Shown: positions 37,861 to 48,502 of the stretch, in pieces
Layout of the letters: each line of letters starts with the position of its first letter
Position numbering within the stretch: position 1 is the stretch's first letter
Origin: an uncultured Gammaproteobacteria bacterium
Lineage (GTDB): Bacteria; Patescibacteriota; Microgenomatia; Daviesbacterales; UBA10151
Assembly (NCBI GenBank): GCA_964524895.1
Contig: CAZGFG010000002.1
Span: 41,284 to 105,283 of the forward strand
DNA: 64,000 bases
Direction of reading: 5' to 3'
The notes under the pieces: generated by a model
Seen by the model: the letters and a program-made list of their open reading frames with translations, nothing else
Databases searched by the model: none
Told to the model about the DNA's origin: nothing
Position numbers and translations under genes: made by a program

Positions 37861-39339
37861 ATGGATTTTGAAAAAGAAGCAGTAATTAATTATGAATTAG
37901 TCAAAAAAAGAGCGATCAAGGGAGTAGCTTTTCTTACAGGCAGAACTTTTTTTCTCCAGGTTATTACCCAGGTTGCTATCTTTTTGCTGACTGTTCTTTT
38001 GAGTCCAAGCGAATTCGGAGTATTTTTTTTGGTGTCTATAGTAGTTAATTTTTTTGCATACTTTTCTGACATTGGCCTAGCAGCAGCTTTGATACAGAGT
38101 AAGGAAAGAGTTGAGCAAAGAGATTTAAAAACTGTCTTTACGGTACAGCAGGTATTAGTTCTGTTAGTTATCTTAGCAATTTTTTTGCTCACGCCTTTAT
38201 TCAAAAATTGGTACCATCTATCCGCTGATGGAGTATATCTTATCTGGGCTTTAGCGTTCTCCTTATTTTTATCATCTTTAAAAACTATCCCATCCGTCTT
38301 GCTGGAAAGACAACTGGAATTTAGTAAGCTGATCTTGCCGCAAATAGTTGAAACAATTGCGTTTTACTTAACAGCAGTACTTCTAGCTTATCAAGGTTTC
38401 GGTGTCACAAGTTTTACTTTTGCTGTCTTAGTTAGAGGGATGACAGGGCTTGTTTCGATGTATATGATTCAGCCGTGGAAACCTGGGTTCTCTTTTTCTA
38501 AAAATTCATTAAAAAACCTTCTTAGCTTCGGAATTCCCTATCAGCTGAACACATTTATAGCTCTTGTAAAAGATGATGGACTGGTTATGGTCTTGGGTGG
38601 AATTTTAGGAACTTCAGGCATAGGATTTTTAGGATGGGCCCAAAAATGGGGATCGGCACCTCTAAGATTTTTTATGGATCAGATAATCAAAGTAACTTTT
38701 CCTGCTTTTTCCAGGCTTCAAAACGATAAAGATAAATTATCGATAGCTGTTTCTAAATCTCTCATGTCTATCAGTCTAATGGTATTTCCTTCGGTGATCG
38801 GTCTTGTTGTATTGGCACCCTCTTTAACTTTAGTAATACCAAAATATGAAAAATGGCAACCGGCGCTTATTGCACTTTCTCTATTTGGGTTTAATGCTAT
38901 TTGGGCAGCAATCACGACCCCCTTAACAAATACCTTAAATGCTATCGGAAAAATAAAGGTAACCTTTAGATTGATGATAATGTGGGCTGCGTTATCCTGG
39001 ATTCTTATTCCGGCTCTTACAGTTTATTATGGTGTTAATGGGGCAGCATTAGGCTATGCCTTAGTTAGTATCAGCTCAATAGTAGCAATAGTAGTGGTAA
39101 CCAGATTTGTAAAAATAGATTTTACCAAAGCCGTTATAAAACCGCTTATAGCTTCTTGTATTATGGGTATATTAATATTCTATCTCTCTACTGTTTTACC
39201 ACCATCAGTATTAACTGTTGCTATACTAGTAATGTCTGGTGTAGCTGTTTATGCAGTCTTTATCCTTCTTTTATTGAGAGAAGAAATTAAACTGGGTATA
39301 AAGTTATTGTTTAGTACCCTTAAACAAGATGCTAGTTAA
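37861..39339 (+). CDS. Polysaccharide/oligosaccharide flippase (Wzx-like, MOP superfamily)
   Basis: 492 aa, about 12-14 predicted TM segments. N-terminal VKKRAIKGVAFLTGRTFFLQVITQVAIFLL is typical of the Wzx/PST family. Confidence 0.75.
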   Translation: MDFEKEAVINYELVKKRAIKGVAFLTGRTFFLQVITQVAIFLLTVLLSPSEFGVFFLVSIVVNFFAYFSDIGLAAALIQSKERVEQRDLKTVFTVQQVLVLLVILAIFLLTPLFKNWYHLSADGVYLIWALAFSLFLSSLKTIPSVLLERQLEFSKLILPQIVETIAFYLTAVLLAYQGFGVTSFTFAVLVRGMTGLVSMYMIQPWKPGFSFSKNSLKNLLSFGIPYQLNTFIALVKDDGLVMVLGGILGTSGIGFLGWAQKWGSAPLRFFMDQIIKVTFPAFSRLQNDKDKLSIAVSKSLMSISLMVFPSVIGLVVLAPSLTLVIPKYEKWQPALIALSLFGFNAIWAAITTPLTNTLNAIGKIKVTFRLMIMWAALSWILIPALTVYYGVNGAALGYALVSISSIVAIVVVTRFVKIDFTKAVIKPLIASCIMGILIFYLSTVLPPSVLTVAILVMSGVAVYAVFILLLLREEIKLGIKLLFSTLKQDAS

Positions 39340-42300
39340 GATATTTATAAGTTTAATCTTTTTCCTACTTTTTATTATTAATACACCGTTAACTTTGGCT
39401 GCCGAAAATTCCTTTGTAAATGTAGTTAACCCGATAAGAGGTTCTGACTTTTGGGAAGACAAGACTCAACAGCCGGTTGATGTTGTCAAAAACGAAATAG
39501 AGGTTTTGCAAAAAAATGAGGTGGTAGCTACCTGGTTAATTAGATTTGATGCACTCGGTGATGCAAAAATTTTAGCTGCGGTTAATTCCAGAACCAGTGA
39601 TGAGAAGGGCCTATTTTTGGAAATTACCAACAGCCTGACTAAAGCTGCTGGAGTAGAGTACCAAAAAAGCGAGAGTTGGCATTTTGCCGGCAGCGCGTTA
39701 CTAACCGGTTATACTCAAGAAGATAGGATTAAAATTATTGATGCGGCTTTCAATAGATTTAAGGAAAGCTTTGGTTATTTCCCCAAATCAGTGGGAGCTT
39801 GGTGGGTAGACAGTTACTCCTTAAGCTATATGCAAAAGAGATATGGAATAACTGCAGCTCTAATTGTAGCGGATCAGTATTCCACAGATGGTTATCAGGT
39901 CTGGGGACAATATTGGTCGACTCCTTACTATCCTTCCCTAAGAAATGCACTGTATCCTGCTCAAACTTTAGAAAATAAAATCCCCGTAGTCATTACCCAA
40001 TGGGCGGCGAGGGATCCTGTTAACGGGTACGGTAAGGGGGTAGAGGAAAGTACCTTTAGCGTCCAGCCTAATGACTATCTTGATTACCATAATTTAAGTG
40101 TCGTCTACTTTTCCTCACTGGTAGATATTTATACGAACCCGGTTTTCGGTCAATTCGGACAGTTAGTAGTAGGATTGGAAAATTCTTATTCGTGGAACAA
40201 ATACGGTCAGGAATTTGAAAGAGAAATAGAGCTACTGGTTAAAAAGCAAAATTCCGGCCAATTTAAATTGGTGACTATGTCCCAATTTGCTAGCTGGTAT
40301 AAAGAAAATTTTCCCACCGTTTCTTCGGAGCATATTATTTTTGCAGAAGACCCTTTAGGAAGCGGGAAAAAAGCAATTTGGTTTATGAATCCTTATTACC
40401 GTGTTGGTTGGTTTTATGAAAATCCCGGCAGCGTTATCAGGGATATAAGGCAATATGTAGAAGGGGAAGAAGAGATTTGTTATCGGAAAGCTTGTAAAGA
40501 GTTAAATTTTGCAACACTGGCAACCAGGGTATTGGATGATGTTACAAACGGGGACAAATGGGTGATAGATATCGGGAAAATTGAGGACTTTAAGCTAGAA
40601 AAAGATAAAGATAATTATGTAATCAGTTATACCAATGAAGCAGGTAAAAGTAGAACTATACAATTTCTACCACGGGATATTGAGGTAGACAATGTAATAT
40701 CTACCATAGATGGTGCAATCCTCAAAGCTGTAGAAAATCAATCCCCCGCTCTAAAAACCGGTACTGATAAAGTTGGTATTGGATTTTCCAAAATATTTTC
40801 CTTCAATCTAATAATTTCTTTAGTTCTTTTTATGGCTTTTGTCATAGTTGTTTTGTTCATACCGGGATTTACCTTAATACAGGGAGCAGTAACTGAAACC
40901 CCCTTTGCTTTTAGAACCTTCATATCCCTAATTGTGGGTTTGGTGATTTTTACTCTCATATCATATCTTGCCGGTCTAGTTAAATTTCCTTTTATCATTT
41001 TTGTATATATCATCGGAATGGCTTTATGGTTTTTGAAAAGCCAATCCCTAAATGAAATAAAAAAGATGAAACTATTTAGTAAAGACAAATTGTCGTTACT
41101 GGCTGCAGGTGTAACAGTCATTGGTTCGTTATTCCAATGGCTGTCGGTGACAAAAAGCGGGATAGTCACTAATGCGGGAATCGGTTTTTGGGGGCCCAAT
41201 ACTCATGATGGAGTTTGGCATATCGCGCTAATAAATCAATTACTACAAAAAGTCCCACCTCAAAATCCAATTTATGCGGGAGAATCCTTAAGTAATTATC
41301 ATTATTTTTACGATCTGCTGGTAGCTTCCAGTGCGTATATAATCAGAGTCGATGTAGTGGATTTAATTTTCCGATTTTACCCTTTGTTTTTCTCTTTATT
41401 ATTAGGAGCGGGGACATATTATTTGGTTGTTAGATTGTACAGCAATAAATTGGGAGAAAATCGGCTTAAGCTTTCTGCTATTTTTACCTTGATATTTGTT
41501 TATTTTGCCGGTAGTTTCGGTTGGATTGTAGAATATTTAAAGTATCGGCATATCGGAGGAGAATCTGCTTTTTGGGCTAACCAGTCAATCTCCTTTAATT
41601 TAAATCCGCCCTTTGCCATATCTTTAATAATTCTAATTGCTTTCGTACACTTACTTACTATTTTGGATAAAAACGGTGGGAAAAATATAAAAACTATATT
41701 TTTAATCATTCTATTAGGGGGTAGCCTAATTGGGTTTAAGGCTTACGGGGCAATTTTAGTGTTATTGGCTTTTTTAATTATAGCCTTGATAAAGATGTTG
41801 AAAATGGATTTTCGTTACCTTCTTATTTTGATTGGCATCACCATTTTTAATGGAATAATATTGTTAATAAATTTTGGTAACCAGAGTATAGGGATGGCTA
41901 ACTCTGTCTTTATGTGGTCTCCCTTTTGGTTCATACATACAATGATAGACTCGCCGGACAGAGTGGGTTGGGAAAGGTTATCTCTTGCCAGGGTCTCATC
42001 TTTAGAAACTAAGAACTGGGGGAAGTTAGTTTTGGCTGAAGGATTAGGGCTGTTGATTTTTACTGCCGGTAACTTAGGAATGAGAGTGATAGGCATACCT
42101 GCTTTCCTGAAATCTATCCGCTCTCTGTTAAAAGAGACGGGTATGCAATTTATTATTCTGGTGATTCTGGCAGCTTTTTTGATACCGGTTTTGTTAATCC
42201 AATCCGGAAATCCTTGGAATGTAATCCAATTTATGTATTATGGGTTATATTTTATTTCAATTTTTGCCGGTATTACTTTAGCCGGATTGTATTTTAGATT

Positions 42301-42835
42301 ACCTAAAATATTTGGAATTATGTCAGTACTGGCGGTCATAGCTTTGATACCTATCAATTCCTTTGCGACTGCCAGTGGTTATCTGACACCTGTACCGCAT
42401 GCACTAATTAACAATTCCGAAGTACAAGCCCTGCAGTTTTTGTCCGATCAGACTGATGGTGTGGTATTGGTTCATCCCTATGATAAATCCTTAAGGGGTA
42501 GATTCCCGGAACCCTTACCTCTTTTTGCATACGATTCTACCGCTTATGTGTCTGCCTACTCAAAACATGCAACATTTTTGGAGGATGAGCCTCAAAATAC
42601 CATACTCCTTACCGATTATCGCAAAAGATTGGTAGCATCAAAGGATTTTTTCAGGAATTTGAACCTTGGGGCAGAATTTCCACAGGGTTATGAGGATGCG
42701 AAAGATTTTCTTTCCAAAAATAATATAAAATATATTTACCTGGTTAAATCATTTAATACAAAAGTTGAGGAGGGGAAACTAAACCTCAAGAAAATTTTTG
42801 ATAATGATACGGTTTCAATTTACAAAGTGGAATAA
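39329..42835 (+). CDS. Very large (1168 aa) protein: signal peptide, extracytoplasmic domain (polysaccharide-deacetylase/glycosidase-like, uncertain), then a roughly 680-aa polytopic WHIAL-motif membrane domain
   Basis: N-terminal MLVKIFISLIFFLLFIINTPLTLAA signal. Soluble region with WWVDSYSLSYMQKRYGITAALIVADQY. Membrane half has GFWGPNTHDGVWHIALINQLLQKVPPQNPIYAGESLSNYHYFYD...FRFYPLFFSLLLGAG, paralogous to 44721..46688. Confidence 0.7.
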   Translation: MLVKIFISLIFFLLFIINTPLTLAAENSFVNVVNPIRGSDFWEDKTQQPVDVVKNEIEVLQKNEVVATWLIRFDALGDAKILAAVNSRTSDEKGLFLEITNSLTKAAGVEYQKSESWHFAGSALLTGYTQEDRIKIIDAAFNRFKESFGYFPKSVGAWWVDSYSLSYMQKRYGITAALIVADQYSTDGYQVWGQYWSTPYYPSLRNALYPAQTLENKIPVVITQWAARDPVNGYGKGVEESTFSVQPNDYLDYHNLSVVYFSSLVDIYTNPVFGQFGQLVVGLENSYSWNKYGQEFEREIELLVKKQNSGQFKLVTMSQFASWYKENFPTVSSEHIIFAEDPLGSGKKAIWFMNPYYRVGWFYENPGSVIRDIRQYVEGEEEICYRKACKELNFATLATRVLDDVTNGDKWVIDIGKIEDFKLEKDKDNYVISYTNEAGKSRTIQFLPRDIEVDNVISTIDGAILKAVENQSPALKTGTDKVGIGFSKIFSFNLIISLVLFMAFVIVVLFIPGFTLIQGAVTETPFAFRTFISLIVGLVIFTLISYLAGLVKFPFIIFVYIIGMALWFLKSQSLNEIKKMKLFSKDKLSLLAAGVTVIGSLFQWLSVTKSGIVTNAGIGFWGPNTHDGVWHIALINQLLQKVPPQNPIYAGESLSNYHYFYDLLVASSAYIIRVDVVDLIFRFYPLFFSLLLGAGTYYLVVRLYSNKLGENRLKLSAIFTLIFVYFAGSFGWIVEYLKYRHIGGESAFWANQSISFNLNPPFAISLIILIAFVHLLTILDKNGGKNIKTIFLIILLGGSLIGFKAYGAILVLLAFLIIALIKMLKMDFRYLLILIGITIFNGIILLINFGNQSIGMANSVFMWSPFWFIHTMIDSPDRVGWERLSLARVSSLETKNWGKLVLAEGLGLLIFTAGNLGMRVIGIPAFLKSIRSLLKETGMQFIILVILAAFLIPVLLIQSGNPWNVIQFMYYGLYFISIFAGITLAGLYFRLPKIFGIMSVLAVIALIPINSFATASGYLTPVPHALINNSEVQALQFLSDQTDGVVLVHPYDKSLRGRFPEPLPLFAYDSTAYVSAYSKHATFLEDEPQNTILLTDYRKRLVASKDFFRNLNLGAEFPQGYEDAKDFLSKNNIKYIYLVKSFNTKVEEGKLNLKKIFDNDTVSIYKVE

Positions 42836-42845
42836 CAAGTAATAG

Positions 42846-44072
42846 ATGTCGCAATTTAAAGGCTTAAAACAATTACTACTGTTGGCTGTGCTAATAAGAT
42901 TACTTATCATGCCATTCTATTTTCAGCCGGATATTAAAACCTACCATTTCCAAGCTTATTTTTTAAGAGAAGGGGTTTTTGATATTTATAAATATCTGGA
43001 TACACACAAAAGTGAGCTTCCATTAAAAGAAGAGTTTGTTTACTTTCCTATAACCTATTTTTTCCTCGGAGGTTATCAGATCTTAGTCTCTCCACTGCTG
43101 GGGAGTAATTTTTATAACTGGGTTTCCGATGCTTCTTCACAAACTTTTTCCGAAGCTATTGGTATCTATAGATACCTTTTCCTGCTTAAATTGCCATACC
43201 TTATTTTAGATGTCGGTTTGGCATTTTTGCTTACCTCCTTTTTCAAAGAACCCGCTTTAAAGAAAAAAGCGTTTATTTTATGGCTTTTTAATCCTTTTAC
43301 TATTGTTTTAATTTATATTTTTAGTAACGTAGATATTATTCCGGTCACCCTTACGGCGTTAAGCTTATTGTTGATGAAACAAAAAAAACTTATTTTATCC
43401 GGAGTAGTTTTAGGGATTGCCGCAGGTTTTAAAGCATATCCGCTTCTCTTTTTGCCGTTTATTTTGCTTTATGGTAATAATATGCGACAAAAAGTGATGA
43501 CGGTTGGAGTAACTCTTTTGACAGTTACACTTGTCGTGCTTCCTTTTTTGTCTCCAAGTTTCCAAAAAGCAACGTTGGTTTCCGGACTTACTACGAGGAT
43601 TGTTTTCCCCGGACTTAGCATCGGTTTTGGAGAAACTTTAATGGCCGGAATTATTTCTATGTCAGCATTATTTTTCTTCAGTCAATTAAATAAGCAAAAG
43701 AGTTATGCCGATCTCTGGAAGCTTTATCTTGCCGCCTTACTTCTGCTTTTTTCTTTTATTCATTTCCATATACAGTGGCTTCTTTGGGTTGCTCCGTTTT
43801 TTGCAATTTTATTGACAGAAGATAAGAACTATAGATTTAGCGGCCTTATCTTAATTCTTCTGGCCTTTTCTATCCCGATGCTCTATGAGGATAAATCCAT
43901 GTCTGTAGCACTTTTGGGTGTGTACAGTTATTTGTATAATTTATTGCCGATCCCGTTCGCCTTTGTCCAAAAAATATATGATCCATACATTATCCAAAGT
44001 GTGTTGCATAGTATTTTTGCTGGCGGAAGTCTAGTGTTAACTTGGCGGATTTTTAAGGAGGAACGGGTGTGA
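42846..44072 (+). CDS. Polytopic membrane protein, DUF2029/GT87-like GT-C candidate (paralog of 53013..54245)
   Basis: 408 aa. FYFQPDIKTYHFQAYFLREGVFDIYKYLD in the first loop; compare FHPDIQTFNLAGQVIAAGNILNFYDYLS at 53013. About 10 predicted TM segments. Confidence 0.6.
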   Translation: MSQFKGLKQLLLLAVLIRLLIMPFYFQPDIKTYHFQAYFLREGVFDIYKYLDTHKSELPLKEEFVYFPITYFFLGGYQILVSPLLGSNFYNWVSDASSQTFSEAIGIYRYLFLLKLPYLILDVGLAFLLTSFFKEPALKKKAFILWLFNPFTIVLIYIFSNVDIIPVTLTALSLLLMKQKKLILSGVVLGIAAGFKAYPLLFLPFILLYGNNMRQKVMTVGVTLLTVTLVVLPFLSPSFQKATLVSGLTTRIVFPGLSIGFGETLMAGIISMSALFFFSQLNKQKSYADLWKLYLAALLLLFSFIHFHIQWLLWVAPFFAILLTEDKNYRFSGLILILLAFSIPMLYEDKSMSVALLGVYSYLYNLLPIPFAFVQKIYDPYIIQSVLHSIFAGGSLVLTWRIFKEERV

Positions 44073-44731
44073 AACTGGTATTCTTTACTGTGGGATTTGT
44101 AATGTTTCTGGTATTTATACTGCCGGCTCTGCTTGCTCTGGGTATAAGATATATTCCTTATGACATTCAGCCAAGGCTTGATAATTATGAAAAAGTATAT
44201 AGGCATCAATCAATATCACAAAATCTAACTGGCCAGAAAGATAATCTGTCGGGTTTTGCGCTAAGCTTAAAAAATCCTCTGCTTAGAAATAAGAAAAATA
44301 TCAATTTGACTTTAATTGACGAGAACAAAACGGTAGTCAGAAGAGCGTTGCTAAATGGTAGTAATATTCAAGACGGTGAGTATGTAAAATTTATCTTTAC
44401 CCCAATTTCAGATTCAAAGGGGAAGAATTACACTTTTATCTTGTCGGCACCTGATGTAGATGACAATGAGGCTCTGGCAGCTTTTTATACTTTCAATAAA
44501 CCGGACTGGGCAGGCGAATTAAGGATCGAAGACAGGTTGGAACCAAACGGATCAGTCTCCTTTGTTGGTTTATATAAACCCGATACAATTTTTACCACTT
44601 CTATCGATATTTACTCGGAGTGGTTAAGACGTTTTATAAGTGATGCTCTATTCTTCCTGTTTTTTGTATGTCTGATATTAGGAGTCGCGGGTTATACAAT
44701 ATATATCAGCATTAAAGAAACTAAGGGATAA
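44069..44731 (+). CDS. Hypothetical protein with N- and C-terminal TM segments and a central soluble domain
   Basis: 220 aa. ATGA overlap with the upstream gene. No family recognised. Confidence 0.5.
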   Translation: MKLVFFTVGFVMFLVFILPALLALGIRYIPYDIQPRLDNYEKVYRHQSISQNLTGQKDNLSGFALSLKNPLLRNKKNINLTLIDENKTVVRRALLNGSNIQDGEYVKFIFTPISDSKGKNYTFILSAPDVDDNEALAAFYTFNKPDWAGELRIEDRLEPNGSVSFVGLYKPDTIFTTSIDIYSEWLRRFISDALFFLFFVCLILGVAGYTIYISIKETKG

Positions 44732-46688
44732 CTTTCCAAACTTGGGCACCACTGTTTTGATAAACTAACTCAAAGTTACCCTCTGCAGAAAACTTAGGTG
44801 CAAAGTATTCTGGAAAATAAAGATAATCAATATTTTTCTCCCTTAGTTTTTCTCCCGCTTCAGACGAAGAAGTTCCTTCAAAAATTTCTTGCTCAAATGC
44901 CAGCCTATCTTGGTAATTATATCCCATGATATCTACTTGTTCGTAATCTGCAAAATAGCTTCTTCGCTCTGAAAGAGCGGATACATAGGCAGTATCAAAC
45001 CAATCCCAAATGTTTGGAGTGATGTCTTTTAAGTCGGTGTATCTATTGTAAGGAGGGGATATAACGACGCTGTCCTTGGCGGTGCTGTTTTTAAGAAAAC
45101 TTAATGCAGCAACCTCCTCTTTGGTAATCTTTGTGAAAGCGGGACGCGAATAAAATTCATAAAGTAAACCTATTTGGGTAGGAACAGCCAAAAGCAGGAT
45201 TGTAAGCGATATAATTATTTTTAGTGTGTTACTTTTTAGTAATGTCATAAATTGTGCAATAGTTACACCGGTTAAGATCCCAAAAATAAGGATGAAGTAT
45301 TGGAAGAATTGACTCGTATTTCCGGCCACACCCTTTTGTAGGAAAAGTAGTGGAAAGACAAGAGATATTAAAGTGACTGTGACTACGGCTAAATAGAAAT
45401 AATTTCTAAAAGAAAATACAGTTAGTTTGAGAAATGAAACCAAACCAATAAATCTTATGCCTAAATTGCCGAAGAAGAATATTAAAAATGCAGTTACTTC
45501 AAGTTGAATAACCCTCTTTATATTATTCTCCGCGATATAGGTTTGTCTCCTAAGTTCTAAATCAATCCAATCTAAGCGGGAAGAATCAACCACCATGGTT
45601 CTGATATACCACCAAGGCTGTAAGATTAAAAATGACCCCGCTGTGGAGCTGTTAGGAAAATATAAGATGGCAGCTAGAGTGCTGCTAGAAAGAAACAACA
45701 GAAGAATATATAGTCGCCTCTCCTTTAAGAATTCCCATACCCCAACAATTGCTAAACTGCCCAATATTGCCACTGCCGCATAGACTTTAAATAAAACCAT
45801 AGTCCCGGCAAGCAACAGACAAATAATAAAAAGCCTCCAGCTTTTTTTATGTATATAGATAAAGAAAAGGAACAGAAAAGTAAGTACTAAAAAATCTGAA
45901 ATAACTTGAGGTGGATTACCGGTAGCACTTTGTATTTGTGTCCCCCAAAAAATGCTCTCGCCGCCAATGGATTTATTTCTTAACCAAGTAACTATATAGC
46001 CAAAACTACCGGCAAAATATGTAATTATTACCGACCAAATTCCTGCCAGGTTAGAATTACCGATCTTTCTTCCTATAATAAAAGCACTTGCTCCCAGGAG
46101 TAAGGAAAATAAAAAAGGAAAAAATCGAAAATATAAATCTAAAGCCGAAATTTTAAAGAAATAGTTGAAATCGGAAAGTGTAATATCGGAAAAGAAATGG
46201 TAATTAACTAACTTTTCACCGGCAAAAACCGGATTTTGGAAAGGGTAACCCTTTTGTAATTCGTGGGCTAAAGCGATATGCCAGGAGCCGTCGTGACCAT
46301 TGGCACTCCAAAACAATAAGTCCCCATCAATATTTAAACCGCTGGGAGCAATTATTGCAAGTTGCCCGACGATACCAATTATAAAAATAATTAAAAGAAT
46401 AGCAGAGCTCGCACTTAAATTATACGAAAGTTTAGGTCTGGAGAAAGATCTAAAAAAATATATATCTATAAGCAAAATAATTGGTAATAGAAGAGGATGA
46501 ACTCTTAAGATATATAAAATATAAGAAAGCAGGGTAAATATAACAAAACCTACTACGGTGCCCAGAATGATTCTTTCGTATTGGGAGGCTCCCTCTTTTA
46601 GGTTATTAAGAATTACAAGACCGGGGAGTGTAAAACAAAAAAATGAGGCTAGCAGGAATATTAAAAAACCCAGTATGAGAATAAGCAT
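44721..46688 (-). CDS. Polytopic WHIAL-motif membrane protein (stand-alone paralog of the C-terminal half of the 1168-aa protein)
   Basis: 655 aa. LFWSANGHDGSWHIALAHELQKGYPFQNPVFAGEKLVNYHFFSD...FRFFPFLFSLLLGAS. 11-nt convergent overlap with 44069..44731. Confidence 0.7.
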   Translation of the reverse strand: MLILILGFLIFLLASFFCFTLPGLVILNNLKEGASQYERIILGTVVGFVIFTLLSYILYILRVHPLLLPIILLIDIYFFRSFSRPKLSYNLSASSAILLIIFIIGIVGQLAIIAPSGLNIDGDLLFWSANGHDGSWHIALAHELQKGYPFQNPVFAGEKLVNYHFFSDITLSDFNYFFKISALDLYFRFFPFLFSLLLGASAFIIGRKIGNSNLAGIWSVIITYFAGSFGYIVTWLRNKSIGGESIFWGTQIQSATGNPPQVISDFLVLTFLFLFFIYIHKKSWRLFIICLLLAGTMVLFKVYAAVAILGSLAIVGVWEFLKERRLYILLLFLSSSTLAAILYFPNSSTAGSFLILQPWWYIRTMVVDSSRLDWIDLELRRQTYIAENNIKRVIQLEVTAFLIFFFGNLGIRFIGLVSFLKLTVFSFRNYFYLAVVTVTLISLVFPLLFLQKGVAGNTSQFFQYFILIFGILTGVTIAQFMTLLKSNTLKIIISLTILLLAVPTQIGLLYEFYSRPAFTKITKEEVAALSFLKNSTAKDSVVISPPYNRYTDLKDITPNIWDWFDTAYVSALSERRSYFADYEQVDIMGYNYQDRLAFEQEIFEGTSSSEAGEKLREKNIDYLYFPEYFAPKFSAEGNFELVYQNSGAQVWKVIP

Positions 46689-46814
46689 TTTTTATATAGC
46701 TAATAATATTGTATTCCAAAGAAAGTTTGGCAACAATGGATAGAGGCCTGTTTTATCTCAAAGGTAAATTATATATACTTAGTATGAGGCATATAAACGG
46801 CGGTTGTTAGGAAG

Positions 46815-48452
46815 ATGAAAAAGATAGAAAATTTTTTGGCCAACAATATTGTAATAATACTGATACTCTCACTTGGGTTTTTCCTTAGATCAGTAGATAT
46901 AGCCAATAACCCTCCTTCTCTTTACGGTGATGAGTTAACCTTGGTATATGATAGCTATTCCATTCTTAAGACCGGGCATGATCAGCTGGGTAACTTTTTA
47001 CCGCTAACATTTCCCATGGGGGCCGGGCGCCCGGGTGGGTATATATATTTTTCGCTACCCTTTGTGGCACTGTTTGGGCCCTCTGCTTTGGGGGTAAGAT
47101 CGCTTTCGATTTTATCCGGTTTTCTTGTCATTTTACTGATTTTCCTGATTGGCAAAAAAATGTTTTCCAAGTCTGTAGGTTTGGCTGCTGCATTTTTGGC
47201 TGCCGTTTCTCCTTGGGATGTTGCACTAAGCCGGGGTGGTTTCGAGGCTCATTTTGCTTTAGCATTGGCATTGGGAGGGGTATATTGTTTCTTACTTGCC
47301 CGGACTAAACCGATTTTCTATATCTTATCTGCAATATTTTTTGGGCTGACTTTACACACCTACCCTACCTATAAACTCGTTTTATTGCTCTTTATTCCTG
47401 TGCTAATTATGTTGGAAAGGGCTTGGGGCTATTGGCTAAACAAACAACACAGGGGTTATTTACTTGTTTCTATTATAGCTTTTGTTATATTCATAGGGGT
47501 CTCTGCAGGTCAGACTTTTACCGGTGGTTCGGAAGCTAGATTCGCGAGTATAAACGTTTTTTCGCAACAGGAAATTGCCCAAAATATCGAGCAGAAAATA
47601 AATTATGAGCGTACTATAACCAAATTGCCGACCTTTTTTATTCAAGCCTTCCATAATAAATACGTTGAATATTCAAAAGTTCTTATAGAGAATTACTTTA
47701 AGAATCTTTCCCTCGATTTTCTGGTTATCCATGGAGACAGAAACCCTCGTCATAATATGGCAACAATGGGCGAAATTTATCTAGTTGAGTTAGTGCTAAT
47801 CTTTTATGGGATTGTAAGTTTATGGATTGGTAAGAAAAGAGAGCTTACCTTCCTGCTGGGCTGGGCGGCCTTGGCTCCTTTAGGATCAGCTTTGTTAGCA
47901 GACCCTCACGCATTAAGAAGTGCTTTTATGTTGCCGGCTATTTTATTGATTGGAGGTTATGGATTGGTTGGGATATTGGAAAAACGGTTGTATTTTGTAA
48001 CTGCAGCAGTAGTTATAGGGTTTGTTATTCAGTTTTCATTCTTTGCTCAAAAAATATATTTCCTTGCTCCATATGAATACAGCCATTTTTGGTCTTATAA
48101 TGCCAAAGCTGCCTCTATTTTGGCTGCGCAAAATAAGGATAAGTATGACTATATCTTCTTATCGGACAAAATAGACAATATTGAATATGCATATCCGGTG
48201 TATACTTCGGCATCTCCCCAGGTAATTATTTCACAAAACACAGAAAGAACAGAACTGGCAGGGCTAAAATTTAAGCAAATAAGCAATGTTTATATCGGAC
48301 ATATCCCCACTTCAGAAGTTAATAAGGTTCTTAACCTGTTGCAAGGAAACGCTTTATATATAGGAGATTCAACGGAGAAGAAAGAATTATTTAATTATCA
48401 GACTGTCAAAAATGAGCCTTATAACTTTGAGCTCGTAATTATAGAGAATTAG
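46815..48452 (+). CDS. GT-C fold membrane glycosyltransferase, PMT_2/ArnT-like
   Basis: 545 aa. PPSLYGDELTLVYDSYSILKTGHDQLGNFLPLTFP (DE-x3-Y-x2-Y first-loop motif). AGGAAG precedes the ATG. Confidence 0.8.
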   Translation: MKKIENFLANNIVIILILSLGFFLRSVDIANNPPSLYGDELTLVYDSYSILKTGHDQLGNFLPLTFPMGAGRPGGYIYFSLPFVALFGPSALGVRSLSILSGFLVILLIFLIGKKMFSKSVGLAAAFLAAVSPWDVALSRGGFEAHFALALALGGVYCFLLARTKPIFYILSAIFFGLTLHTYPTYKLVLLLFIPVLIMLERAWGYWLNKQHRGYLLVSIIAFVIFIGVSAGQTFTGGSEARFASINVFSQQEIAQNIEQKINYERTITKLPTFFIQAFHNKYVEYSKVLIENYFKNLSLDFLVIHGDRNPRHNMATMGEIYLVELVLIFYGIVSLWIGKKRELTFLLGWAALAPLGSALLADPHALRSAFMLPAILLIGGYGLVGILEKRLYFVTAAVVIGFVIQFSFFAQKIYFLAPYEYSHFWSYNAKAASILAAQNKDKYDYIFLSDKIDNIEYAYPVYTSASPQVIISQNTERTELAGLKFKQISNVYIGHIPTSEVNKVLNLLQGNALYIGDSTEKKELFNYQTVKNEPYNFELVIIEN

Positions 48453-48502
48453 ATAAATGGTGTAGCTTGATAGTGGTATAAGGGTAGTATTAAGATTTAA
48501 GA

